From NCBI GenBank assembly GCA_030390025.1, contig CM059433.1:10666001-10730000 (forward strand): a stretch of DNA of 64,000 nt, given 5' to 3'. The translations under genes were made by a program, and so were the position numbers. Positions within the stretch are counted from its first letter, which is position 1; every line of letters begins with the position of its first letter. Source of the DNA: Squalus acanthias. Taxonomy: Eukaryota. The notes beneath the pieces are model-generated. The model made no database searches and was not told where the DNA came from. It saw nothing but the letters and a program-made list of their open reading frames with translations. Of the stretch, positions 36,876 to 49,258 are shown piece by piece.

Positions 36876-37557
36876 GAGACTGATCCTGCTAACAGTTCAA
36901 TAGTTAAATGTGGGGACATGGTTTGGCATTCAGCCATGTAGGACAGGGAAATGGTGGGTTTGACTGAGGTCTTTGCTGCACTATCTGATCTTGGCCGGTA
37001 CAGTATTGGAGCATTAGGATTGAACCAAATCTCCCTGGACTACGGTGCATGTGTGCAGATATTGCTTTGCACTCACCTGCTATAGCCTCCGCAGTCAAGC
37101 AGTCCACCCATGCTCACTGTCCAGCATCACATAGGAAGGGTGGTCACCTTGAGTGAGATACCAAATGGCCACTGCCACCCGTGCAATTGTACTTCAACGT
37201 ACGTCACCACCTCCAGGATAGGAGTGATCAGGTGAAAAATAAGAGGGACAATAGGAGGGGAAAATAAAAGTAATTGTGTAAAGTTGCATAAACATTTCAC
37301 CCCTCTGGTTCATCTTTCTGAAAACCACTCATCACAGGCAGTCCCTGCCCCTCCCTCCCACGCACACACTCACATGCGGTTTCCGTTATGGCTGTTTCTC
37401 AGGCATATGTTGAAAATGACATTAGCATTTTGATATGGCTGCATTGCCATGTGCAGTAACCAGACGTATGATGATGCCTTTTGAATAAAGTATTGGAGCA
37501 AGGGAGGTGACTCACTCAGCTGATAAATGCACAATTATGTTTTTGCCTTTTTTTCAG

Positions 37558-38282
37558 AAGAACATAAGAACATAAGAAATAGGAGCAGGAGTAGGCCATT
37601 CGGCCCCTCGAGCCTGCTCCGCCATTCAATGAGATCATGGCTGATCTTCTGCCTCAACTCCATTCACCGGCCCTATCGCCATATCCCTTGATGCCCTTAC
37701 TAGTCAGAAATCTATCGACTTCTGTTTTGAATATACCCAATGACTGAGCCTCCACAGCCCTCTGGGGTAGAGAATTCCAAAGATTCACCACCCTCTGTGT
37801 GAAGAAATTTCTTCTCATCTCAGTCCTGAATGGCCTACCCTTTATCTTGAGGCTGTGGCCCCTGGTTCTAGACTCCCCAGCCAAGGGAAACATTCTCCCA
37901 GCATCCACCCTATCAAGCCCTGTAATAATTTTGCATGCTTCAATGAGATCCCCTCATTCTTCTGAATTCAAGAGAATACAGGCCAAGTTTACTCAATTTC
38001 TTCTCATACGACAGTCCTGCCATCCCAGGAATCAATCTTGTGAACCTTCGTTGCATTCCCTCTGTGGCAAGTATATCCTTCCTTAGGTAAGGAGACCAAA
38101 ATTGTACACAGTACTCCAGGTGTGGTCTCACCAGGGCCCTATATAATTGGAGTAAGACTTCTTTACTCCTGTACTCAAATCCTCTTGTAATGAAGGCCAG
38201 CATACCATTTGCCTTCCTAATGGCTTGCTGCACCTGCACATTCACTTTCAGTGACTCATGCACAAGGACACCCAGGTCCCTT
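37558..38282 (-). mobile_element. CR1 LINE 3' end
   Basis: KANGMLAFI...RPHLEYCVQFWSP; (CTTATGTT)n tail. Confidence 0.95.
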
Positions 38283-39366
38283 CAAATGAATCAGTGGCCT
38301 CGCCCATTTTGTTGATGACAAGCTCCATGGAACAGAAATCCCCCCATCACCCAGTCTCGGACCCTTCACTAATCAGTGAACGTGTGAAGATTTGGTGGAA
38401 AGGATTCTGTGAGGAGTGCAGTGACTGGAAGTACAATAAACTAGAGGTCACTAAATTGACCTGCAGTAATGTCACACCTCGTATCCTTTTCTGAGGAGAG
38501 TTTTCTATATTGTTACGATTGTTTTGGGGAATATATCTAATTTACAGTTCTTTGCATCGAACCTTATGCTACTGTGCCCTGCGTTTGCAAACTGATTAGT
38601 TAAATTAATTAGTAAATTCACAAAGACTAAAAAAGATGTCACTTGAACGGACTGATGCTCCACACCTAAATACCCGCCAGTCAATCTCTCCCTCTTCCCT
38701 CTCATAATAACCCTTTCAAGTTTCCACTTCTGCTTCACATTCATCTCGAACCTACCCAATGACACAACCGCTGAGGAAACAATTCTCAGGACACCAGGAT
38801 GGAACCATTTGGGCATAATTGGAAAATGCATGCAGCAAAGAAAAGAACTTCGGCACAGTTCCTGTTGAGCTCCTGAATGTATTTCACCAGCCAAACTTGG
38901 GCATAACAAACATTCATTTATATTTTAAAATAACAATAAAAGGGATCTTGTGATAATTAGGATCAGACATTCTAGCTCCGGGCTTCATTATTTGATCAGT
39001 CTGCAGTTACTTCAAGCGGAAGACTTGTCCTCACCTCCCAGCTGCCTGTAGTGAACCCTTCCTCTCATTAGCACATTATCGCCAGCTCTAACTGTCAGTC
39101 TCTGAATCACTCGGCTCTGACGTGAGCAGTACGCAGACTCCCTTCTCTCGTTAGGGCTGGCCAGAAATAACCGCCATTATACATACTATCCAATCACTTC
39201 ACTCTCCAAGGAACCTTGACATTCTCGCCCCCGATTGGTTAGGCAAGCTGCCGAAAACTGTCAGGATATTGGCATGGGTCCAAATTAGCTGGGTGATCTG
39301 TTAACAACATAACAAAAATGAGAAGTCGCACAACACCAGGTTATAGTCCAACAGTTTTATTTGAAA

Positions 39367-39408
39367 TCACAAGCTTTCGGAGCTATCGATCGCCCCTTCC
39401 TCAGGTGA
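39367..39408 (-). ncRNA. Minimal hammerhead ribozyme motif (left arm)
   Basis: Reverse complement TCAC-CTGAGGA-A-GGGGC-GATCGATA-GCTCC-GAAA-GC-TT-GTGA. Confidence 0.8.
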
Positions 39409-39467
39409 AGTAAAGAGATACAGAATCGCCAAAGCATATATATTTGGCGATTCTGTATCTCTTTACT

Positions 39468-39509
39468 TCACCTGAGGAAGGGGCGATCGATAGCTCCGAA
39501 AGCTTGTGA
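39468..39509 (+). ncRNA. Minimal hammerhead ribozyme motif (right arm)
   Basis: TCAC-CTGAGGA-A-GGGGC-GATCGATA-GCTCC-GAAA-GC-TT-GTGA. Confidence 0.8.
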
Positions 39510-40764
39510 TTTCAAATAAAACTGTTGGACTATAACCTGGTGTTGTGCGACTTCTCATTTTTGTCCACCCCAGTCCAACACCGGCATCTCCGCATCATGA
39601 CAACAACATAACAGTTAGGGAGGGGAGAGAGTGAAGCTTCATCACATCCTTTTGGCTCTTTCAAAAGTGTTGGTCGGGAAAGTCCCGAACAGTGACTTCT
39701 CTGGTAGTTCATCCCCTCTTCCCCCCCACCATAACTCTGTCCAGTTTCCCCCTTCCTGTCACCGTGGCCCTGTCTGCTCTCCATTTCCCTCCTCCCATTG
39801 TGACCTTGCCTGATATTCCCTGTCCTCTTCCCATCCTGACCCTCCTTGATCCGAGCTGCCGACTTCCCCATTTTGCCATTCTTAATCCCTGCTGCCCTTT
39901 TCCTCTCATGGCCGGGCCTGGCGTCCTCTCTGCTCCTCCCATCACGAGGAGAATGTAGCAGAATCTAGTTTGTTGTCATGTTCCCTGCTCAGGGTCCTCA
40001 GAACTTGCTGAAGACTAGTTGTGGAGTGCCATTTCTCAGTAAAATCTCTGGGACTATTCCAGTGTGTTTGGAGGAGTTGCCCCAGTAACCCACATCACTG
40101 GAGTGGCCCAGGTAGCAAAACAGAGACCCTAATAGCAGGTCTCCATGAGGTGAAAAGAGCACAATGGAATCAAGGACACGTCCTTATAGGTATTCTCTGT
40201 TATCTTAAGTTTACAATGTAAGTCACCAACATTTTAAATGCACAAAGTGGTCTTTTTCAGTCACTACTTGCAATCACCTGATTCTTGCAGGAATCAGCCA
40301 TTCTATGAGTCACTGATAGTGCTATTAGTGAGCTAGCTCAAACAGGAGTTTCTCTTCCTCCCTCACACATACACAATGGCGTTTCACATAAAATGTTATT
40401 TAATCTTTCACGCACGCTATAAATAGCACGCGGGGATTTTTTTTGCTGTTGTTTTAAATGCCTGTCCCCATAGACTTTATTATTTTAATCGTGGGTTGGT
40501 TAGGGAGTGGCAATCAATTACATTAGATAAGAATTCTTGATAAAGTGACTGGTTTCCCATTTAAAACATAAAACAATTCCCAAATTAGCATACAAAATGC
40601 TTGTGGCCATTCCTCTTGAGTTGTTTTTTTCTCTCTCCCAGAAACCCATGCTTACGAGCCCAGGAGATGACTGCTTTCTCACCACTAGCAGCAATGCCTC
40701 AGTGCATAAATCACTAACCACGTGTAAAACAGGGTTTTGAAGACCCAGTGTTACCAGGAGCTTT

Positions 40765-40932
40765 CTGTGGGAATTCAAAAGAGAGTTGGATATGTACTTG
40801 AAAAGGAAAAATTTGCAGGGCTACGGAGAAAAAGCAGGGGAGTGGGACTAATTGGATAGACCTTCTACTAGCCAGCTCAGGCACGATGGGCCGAATGGCC
40901 TCCTCTGTGCTGTATCATTCTATGACTCTATG
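40765..40932 (+). mobile_element. Short CR1 3' end
   Basis: gatgggccgaatggcctcct...ttctatgactctatga. Confidence 0.85.
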
Positions 40933-41329
40933 AAGAAGCTCAGACTGCTAAGCACTGCTGTCTACAGGATCCTTGCTGCTTTATCTATCGTAGAAGATAT
41001 AATAGTGAAGATGGTGACAGCCACATGACTTCTCTGTGGTTTTTGTTCTTCCAATTCTTTCTTCCCTAACCCGTCCTCTTCTCAGTGCGGTGACTAATGG
41101 TGTAATAAAGTTCCACAGTTGCCAACAGCTGCCTGGTAGCTCACCCAAGAGGCCATCCTTCTCCTGTGAGCAGACTATTTCATAGAAGGCATTACAGCTC
41201 ACCTGATCTTCTCACCTGAAAGCACACACCAAGTAACGGCCACTATTTACTGATCAGAAGCAGGAACTCTGCCTGGTTTCCCTTCTCTCTCTGCTGCGCC
41301 AGCTGAGGTTAGCTAACTTAGCACGGACC

Positions 41330-41734
41330 GGTGATTGAACCTGACTTCAAAGTTCTCATCCTCGTATTCAAATCCCTCCGTGGCCTTACCCCTCCCTATC
41401 TCTGTAACCTCCTGCAACCCTACAACCCTCCGAGATCTCTGCGCTCCTCCAATTCTGGCCTCTTGTGCATCTCCCACTCCTTTTGCCCCACCATTGGTGC
41501 CCGTGCCTTCAGCCATCTGGGCCCTAAGCTCTGGAATTCTCACTCTAAATCTTTCTGCCTCTCCACCTCTCTCTTCCTTAAAAGCTACGTCTTTGACCAA
41601 GCTTTTAGTCACCTGTCCTAATATCTCCTTCTTTTTGCTTGGTGTATATTTTTGTCTGATTACGATTTTGTGAAGTGCCTTGGGGCATGTTCCTACTTTA
41701 AAGACGCTATATAAAGGCAAGTTGTTGTTGTTGT
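41330..41734 (+). mobile_element. L2 LINE 3' end
   Basis: FKVLILVFKSLRGLTPPYLCNLL...RSLRSS...RAFSHLGPKLWNS; tail gacgctatataaaggcaag(ttg)n. Confidence 0.9.
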
Positions 41735-42872
41735 ATGGCACAGAACTGCACTAAACACCGAGTCGTTAAGGAAACTGATCCTCTGCGACTTTACAATGAG
41801 ATTCTAAGATTTTAGATGTGAGCTCTTCATATTTGATGAGGATTTTGGTGGGATTGAAATTTGGAAATTTGTTGAGGGTTGAACAAACAAGACCACTGTC
41901 CATCATGTATTGGAAACCACGACAGGCTTGATTTGTGCACCATCATATTTACTGGAAGCAAACATCCAACTACATTCTGCTGTGCAACCAGGAAGGGACC
42001 TTGGAATCACGTTTTCCACTTCTGTAGATGCCACTTTGCGATTTTCCGCCCATCAGAATAAATGGGCAAAACAAAAAAAAACCACAGGCCAGAAGCTGTA
42101 AACCCTGACCCTTTGGCCCTCACCACTGCCGTCGTTTTTCAGATCACTAAGAAATTAATAGCCCACACACTGGACGTTTAACAGGACAGCGTGGCGCAAA
42201 ATATGCAGTATATAAAAGTCGGTGAGAAAAGCTGTCAATTCATGGGGCTAATAGAGTTATGTGTCAATCAGCCCGAAGATTTGAACGCACAGTAATTTGG
42301 GATGTAAGGTTTTTTTTTTTCATTTTCTTACCTATTTTCTCTGCTAGATTTTGCCAGCCTTCCTCTGCTTTCCTGAGCGTTTTATTGGGATACAGCTCCG
42401 TAGCTGTTGGGATGCCCTCTGGGTAGCTCACACAAATGGCCGTCATTCTGACAGCGAATGTTCGGAAGCTACTCAACCTCGAAAGGGCGTCACAGTTGAG
42501 CCCAATCTGGTCCTCACATCTGCCCTCCGCACACCTGCCACAGCGCTGCTGAAAATGTGGCGGGATGGAACTTCCACTTGTCGCTTTTTGCAAGACCCTC
42601 CAAGACCCTCTCCCAAATCCCAAGGATGGGAACATTAACATTATCAAGGGTAGTGGTCCGTAGCTGTAGCAATGCAATACATTTGGCCCAACTAGCATAA
42701 GCATCAGCACCCTGCTCTTATAGAGGAAGTGCAGCAGGCCGATCGGACCAAAGATACAAAATAGGTTGCCTACCTCTGTGAGTGCACCCATGCCTGCAGG
42801 TCATAAATCAAATTTCTTTAATCGTTGCTCCCGCTTGTGACCCAAAAAGGCACCTAAAACTTCTCTCTGATA

Positions 42873-43283
42873 GAAAAAGAAAGAAAGACTTGCATTTATA
42901 TAGCGCCTTTCATGACCTCAGGACGTCCCAAAGGGCTTTACAGCCAATGAAGTACTTTTGAAGTACAGTCGCTGTCGTAATGTAGGGAAACGGGGCAGAC
43001 AATTTGTGCACAGCAAGGTCCCACAAACAGCAATGAAATAAATGACCAGATAATCTGTTTTTTTAGTGATTTTGGTTTAGGGATAAATATTGGCCAGGAC
43101 ACAGGGGAGAACTCCCCTGCTCTTCTTCGAAATAGTGCCCGTGGGATCTTTTACGTCCACCTGAGTGGGCAAACGGGACCTCGGTTTCACTTCTCATCTG
43201 AAAGACGGCACCTCCGACAGTGCAGCACTCCCTCAGTACAGCACTGAAGTGTGAGCCTAGATTACGGGTTCAAGTCTCCTGAG
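42873..43283 (-). mobile_element. SacSINE1-like SINE, 5'-truncated
   Basis: Tail and Deu core in reverse. Confidence 0.9.
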
Positions 43284-44152
43284 TGCGAAAGTAGGTACGG
43301 CTGGGCCTATCTGAAGCAAACCAAGTGCACACGTCCTCAAACTGTTGTTGGAAGATAGCACAGTGGGCAGAAGAAGTGCTCACCTCCTTTGATCGGAATG
43401 TTCTGTTGCTTGTGGACTTGGTGCCTGCCCCAAATTCTATGCTGACTCTGTCCCCGAGTTCGACCCCTAATAGGAGCTGAATTTCTGGGCAAAATATTGC
43501 AGAATCTATTCAAGTGGTGTCACCCCCCCATTAGTTCATGTAGCTGCATATCTGGTTATCAGGCTTGCCTCTAAGTGGTAGCCCTATCTGCATACAGCTC
43601 AAAGCAAATTTATCTTGCTCAGGTTGGGCGAGCCTTATCACCTTTTTTGAGTGGGCAATCCAGCAGATAGAATAACCAGTGGAACAGAAATAATCCATAT
43701 CAGGGCAAGAGAGCTGACATTGTCCACAAGCAACATCCTGCCTGAGTCATGGCTCCTGCCATCTGATAACAAAATGACTATGCTGGGAGTCAAGGACTCC
43801 TCTCCCATTCAAACCAAAGCGCTTGTTCAACTAAAGGAAGAACTGTTGCAGTAAAGAGCCGAAAGGAGGGAAATTAGTGGAAAATTGGGTGGGGAGGCCA
43901 GTTTCAGTAAAACAAATTGCATCTTCTTTTATTGTACTGTAGAAACATGAGTTATTCTATAAGATGTGATTTATATACACAATAAAATGCTATGAAATAC
44001 TCTCCCCCAGTGGCCCAGTGAATAAATGCACACTGAGTCATAAAGATCAGGGACCTCTCAGAATTTAACCCTGGTTTGTGCAGAGTTAGTTGATCTCAAC
44101 TGGGCAAGCCGTAACAAGGGGGCGGGTGGGGAACCATGACTACAATTGGCTT

Positions 44153-44734
44153 CATAGAAACATAGAAGATAGGAGCAGGAGTAGGCCATTCGGCCCCTCG
44201 AGCCTGTTCCGCCATTCGATGAGATCATGGCTGATCATCCAAACTCAGTACCCTGTACCTGCCTTCTCCCCATATCCCTTGATACCTTTAGCTTTAAGAA
44301 ATATATCTAACTCATCCTTGAATATATTTAATGACTTGGCCTCAACTACCTTCTGTGGTAGAGAATTCCACAGGTTCACCACTCTCTGGGTGAAGAAATT
44401 CTTCCTCATTTCTGTCCTAAATGGCTTACCCCTTATCCTTAGACTGTGACCCCTGGTTATGGACTCTCCGACCATCGGGAACATTCTTCCTGCATCTAGT
44501 TTGTCCAGACCTGTCAGAATTTTATATGTTTCGATGAGATCCCCTCTCATTCTTCTACACTCCAGCGAGTATAAGCCCAATCGACCCAATCTCTCCTCAT
44601 ATGTCATTCCTGCCATCCCAGGTATCAGCCTTGTGAATCTTCGCTGAACTCCTTCCATGGCAAGAACATCCTTCCTCAGATAAGGTGACCAAAACTGCAC
44701 ACAGTACTCAAGGTGTGGTCTCACCAAGGCCCTG
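44153..44734 (-). mobile_element. CR1 LINE 3' end
   Basis: RALVRPHLEY...KGYGEKAGTGY; same subfamily as the 12808 and 62497 copies. Confidence 0.95.
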
Positions 44735-46019
44735 AACAACTTCAGGGTCCACATGGTATGGAGGAGAAATCCAATCATTGTTCCCTTTCATGATTGCTAT
44801 CCTGTCACCCCTTCTGGAAGTGTGTGTGTGTGCAGGCATTGGGTATGGTGAGAATTGGTTTCAGTGCGATGGCTCTGACAGTCAAATAGTTCATCAATGT
44901 TACTCGAGAGAGAGATAAAAGAGGCCCATGGAACTGTAGGGTAGCCTGAATCGCCGTCTCTCCAGCAGAGATAATTGGGAAAGAATACTGAAACGAAGGG
45001 GAAAATTATTACTATGAGCTGTGGTATACTGAAAAAATAAGTCAGAGACTGTTGGAATACACGCCATGAACTCAACTCAACGGTCAAACGACTTCTGCAA
45101 TGCATAAGGTTTGCCAATCTAAACTACGTATTGTTTGTAAAAAAAACATGCAATAATTACAAAAATAATGAAATTCCTTAACATTCTTGTTGTTGCAGAG
45201 TCAGAAATTTCACTAATGGTTCAGTATTGGAATCGATTGTCAGAATGAACACGACTGAATAATAAGCCACAGATCCATTGCTGATCTGTGGGCTATCAAC
45301 ACCAACATAAAGCAACACAGACAATCAAGTATGACTTATGGCCCAGTGCAATCCATTTTCCGTAGCATTTATTTTAATAACCTTCATGAATTTCCAATTC
45401 ATTTTTGCTTATTTCCATGAGAAGAAATGTGCTTAGGATAATTTAGGCAGGCGATGGTGTTCTCAGGATTTACTGCGGGTAAAATGGACATGCAATATAA
45501 GGAACGTAAGATGAGTATCTTTATGTGGTTGTTATATTGAATGAAAATCGATGAAAGCTTGTGGTTGTCTGGAAACATTTTGGGACAAAGTTCCTCTTAA
45601 TACATGTGATGGTGCATTAAGGGGGAGTTTTTATCAAGTTTTTGGCCATTTGTTTCATATCCTTGTGGGAAATGTACAACTTTACTCAATGCACCTCTGG
45701 AAACGTGGGCACATTATGGTGCACTAAAATAAAATGCGTAACTGCCAACCGGGAAGTACCTACTTAACTAATTAAGCAGCCACTTAACCAATACAAGGAG
45801 CCCTCTATGGGCCAATCCAGCTGCGGAGTGTGCAATTTCCGTGAGAAATGGAAGGGAAGCACAGAAGGCAAAAGCCATTGATTTATGGATCAAAATCTGC
45901 AAAAATCACAGCGGAGAGCCGTGGCCAGGCGCTCTCTCAAGAACCAAGGGACAAGTCCCCAAAGCTCAGCGAGTGAAGCAGGCATGGGAGGTCAATGCAG
46001 GATCCAAAAGAAAAAAAGG

Positions 46020-46151
46020 AAAGAAAGAAGGGAAAAAAAGATAGAAAGATTTGCATTTATATGGCGCCTTTCACGACCATAGGATGTTCCAAAGGGCTTT
46101 ACAACCAATTAAGTGGATTTTTTTGAAGTGTAGTCACTTGTTGTAATGCAG
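46020..46151 (-). mobile_element. SINE 3' tail fragment
   Basis: aaagatttgcatttatatggcgcctttcacgacc. Confidence 0.75.
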
Positions 46152-46842
46152 GTGACAAGAAGCTTTGGAAGGATGTCACAAAGAAGGTGTGAGATTCGAT
46201 AATAAGCGTTAACGTGAGAAATGAGAATGATTGTGAATAAACCTAGCCTGAATTATATGGAGGCTGTCACACGGGCAGGTAACCACTGATGCCAATCATA
46301 GTAAATTACAGGTGTCAAATGAGCTTTCTCGAATGTCTCAGTATACGTAACCCAAACTGACCCAGTAACCTGCTGGAAACGCAACACTAAGGGAACTAAT
46401 GAACATGAGAATAATCCAGCAGGATCAATAAAGAGAGAAACTAGAATGGTGCATCCGAAAAAGACTGAGGACTGATTCTATTTATTTACACGTACAGCTG
46501 ACAATTACAATGCACTCAGCTAGTTCGAAGGTTTTCTGTGGGTAACGCACTTTACGTTCACATAAACTGTGCATCAGGCCACAAAACTGTGCTGCTGTCT
46601 AAAACGCACAGCACAAAATATTCACTCCTTTGATTAATATTTATTTTCCCCCCCTCGCAGAACAGGCTGCCTTTTAGCAGGAGACACAGGATGCAGGTGG
46701 GCGGAGGGACCCAGCCAGCCTCCCACCCGATTCAAAGCCTGCGATGGTACGGGTCACCAGCTGGGAGTCTGTGCACAGCGGTGGGTGACTCACAAGCTGG
46801 AGGGACGGAATCCACTCCTGGTTGTCATCATCATAATTATGT

Positions 46843-47210
46843 TGTGTCAGCTTCGCACAGTCAAATCAGAAGGTTGTGGGTTCAAGGCCCGCAGTAGACT
46901 TAAGCATATAGGCTAGGTTGACACTTGAGTTCAATACTGAGAGCTTGCTGCACGGTCGGATAAAGACACTGCCGCTGACTTTAGCGGCAGGGCAAAACAG
47001 GTGGTAACAATGGAAGGAAAACCGGACGGGCGTGTAACAGGCGGTGGATCCGCTCATGCCCCCCCCCGCTAAAGTTGAATTTTACCCCATTAAATTTAAA
47101 GCCTCGTCTGCTTGCTCAGGTGGGCATAAGAGATCCCGTGGCACTATTTGAAGAACAGGGGTGTTCTCCTGGTGTCCCGGTCAATATTCTTCCCTCGACC
47201 AACCAATGAA
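46843..47210 (+). mobile_element. Degenerate Deu-SINE interrupted by a MITE fragment (~46950-47088)
   Basis: tcagaaggttgtgggttcaag head; agatcccgtggcactatttgaag core; insert ends GAATTTTACCCC. Confidence 0.7.
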
Positions 47211-47546
47211 TAAAAAAGAAGTTTAAAGCAAACCCACATGTCAAGGTGAATGGTCAGGCAAATTGCCACCAAGTCCAAAGTAAACCTCTCCGGAAGTCTC
47301 CACTTCCTGTACACATGGTGCAGTGGAAATACTATGGTGTAAGACATCACATATTACAAAGAGTATGCACAGTGGCACATCACATGAAGCACACACTGCA
47401 CTGCCACTATTATTTTCATTAAAGACACTTTGCCTTAAACTTTGCACTCATTGTTCTTTTATTTATTCTTAGGATATGGGTGTCTCTAGTAAGGCCAGCA
47501 TTTATTACTCATCCTTAGTAGCTCTGGTTTATTTTTGAAATTTATG

Positions 47547-48309
47547 GGCCCGAAAATTAGACCTAATACGCGAGAGTACGCACTGTGTACTCTCGCGTAT
47601 TAGTTCCAGAATTGCCGGTTTCCTGCATGCACTGCGCATGCGCGGGAAACCGGCACTTCGTGTATGGCGAAGGGGGCGGTTCCTAAGTGAACCGCGTGCG
47701 TGCTACAGGCTGCGCGCACGCAGCGCACTTAGTTTTTTTTCAGGTTTGAACGCGCAGGTAAGTGGTGAAGATTTTACACATAAAGAAAGCAGGCGTAAGA
47801 CCCCCTTTTAACAAGGTAAGTAGTTAATTAAGTGTTATTTAAATATTTTTTCAACAGGTTTATCTTGTTTAGAGACTTTAAAGAAAGGTATCTTTATTTT
47901 TATAACTTTTAAAAAGATTTTAAATTTTTTCAAAAATTTAATTTTTTGTTTAAAGTGGTTAATTTATTTAACTATAGTTATTTTATTAATGTGATGGCTT
48001 TTTTTTAAATTTAATTGAGGTTTAGCTGTTCTTTTGGGGGCTTGTAGTATTCATAGCTTTGACAGCCCTTGCTGTCAAAACTATGAATGAAAGATGGTGT
48101 GCTGCCATTGGCTCTAACTGAATCACGTGATCCCAGAGCTCGCACGAACTAATTGCGCCTCTGGGACACGCAAGCACTGCACACTGGCAACAGGGAGAGG
48201 CCCAGGAACTGAAGTTCGTGTAGGCCCGAAACAAAAAGGTAGGCGTGGAGTGCGATATCGCGGGGAATCCTTACCCCCGCGGGAACCATCGATGTTTAAT
48301 TTCTGGGCC
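47547..48309 (+). mobile_element. Multi-hairpin non-autonomous DNA transposon, copy 2, ATG TSD
   Basis: atg|GGCCCGAAAATTA...TAATTTCTGGGCC|atg; colinear with 2814-3551. Confidence 0.85.
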
Positions 48310-48504
48310 ATGGTTTCTAGAAAACACAGTGCTAATGATGAAGGGCTGTTTATATATTTTTTTTAAATCAATGAAACATAAAGTAGCCTCAATGAAGAAA
48401 CTACTCAATCAAAGCATGCTAAATTCATACCCCTTTAGTGGTTGCTGAACTTCTGCTATCTACTCATTATTATCCTCTGCCTCCTCTTCCTTTGCCTGTG
48501 CCAT

Positions 48505-49258
48505 GCTTCGATGACGAAGTCCAACACCACCTTCAGTGTGCCAGTGCAGCCTTCGGTCGCCTGAGGAAGAGAGTGTTTGAAGACCAGGACCTCAAACCCA
48601 GCACTAAGCTCATGGTCAACAGAGCAGCAGTGATACCCGCCCTGCTGTATGCCTCAGAGACATGGACCATGTACAGCAGGCACCTCAAAGCACTGGAGAG
48701 GTACCACCAATGCTGCCTCCGCCAGATCCTGCAAATCCATTGGCAGGATAGGCGCACCAACGTCAGTGTCCTCGCTCAGGCCAACATTCCCAGCATCGAA
48801 GCTTTGACCACGCTCGATCAGCTCCGATGGACGGGTCACATTGTCCGCATGCCCGATACGAGACTCCCAAAACAAGCGCTCTACTCGGAGCTCCGGCACG
48901 GCAAGAGAGCCCCAGGTGGGCAGAGGAAACACTTCAAGGACACCCTCAAAGCCTCCTTGAAAAAGTGTAACATCCCCACCGACACCTGGGAATCCCTGGC
49001 CCAAGACCGCACAAAGTGGAGGAGAAGCATCCGGGAAGGCGCCGAACACCTCGAGTCTCTTCGCCGGGAGCAAGCGGAAGCCAAGCACAGGCAGCGCAAG
49101 GAGCGCATGTCAACCCAAGCACCCCACCCACCCGCCCCTTCAACCACCTGTGACAGAGACTGTAGGTCCCGCATTGGACTCATCAGTCACCTGCAAACTC
49201 ATTTTTAATGTGGAAGCAAGTCATCCTTGGTTCCAAGGGACTGCCTAAGAAGAAGAGA
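48505..49258 (+). mobile_element. RTE-clade LINE 3' fragment
   Basis: Open frame ASAAFGRLRKRVF...LLYASETW...LRWTGHIVRMPDTRLPKQALY; (AAG)n tail. Confidence 0.93.

Larger units (their letters stand above)
39312..39601. mobile_element. Palindromic Penelope terminal-repeat insertion (122-bp perfect arms, 37-nt tail, 12-bp TSD)
   Basis: 39312-39433 is the exact reverse complement of 39443-39564; aacaacataaca at 39303-39314 and 39602-39613; left arm matches 54571-54688. Confidence 0.93.

Noticed and set aside
42264..42791. 175-aa ORF ending EEGWQNLAEKIG at a strong AG|GTAAG (death-domain-like)
   Set aside because: The resemblance is only a few residues; no clear codon bias, convincing acceptor or following exon
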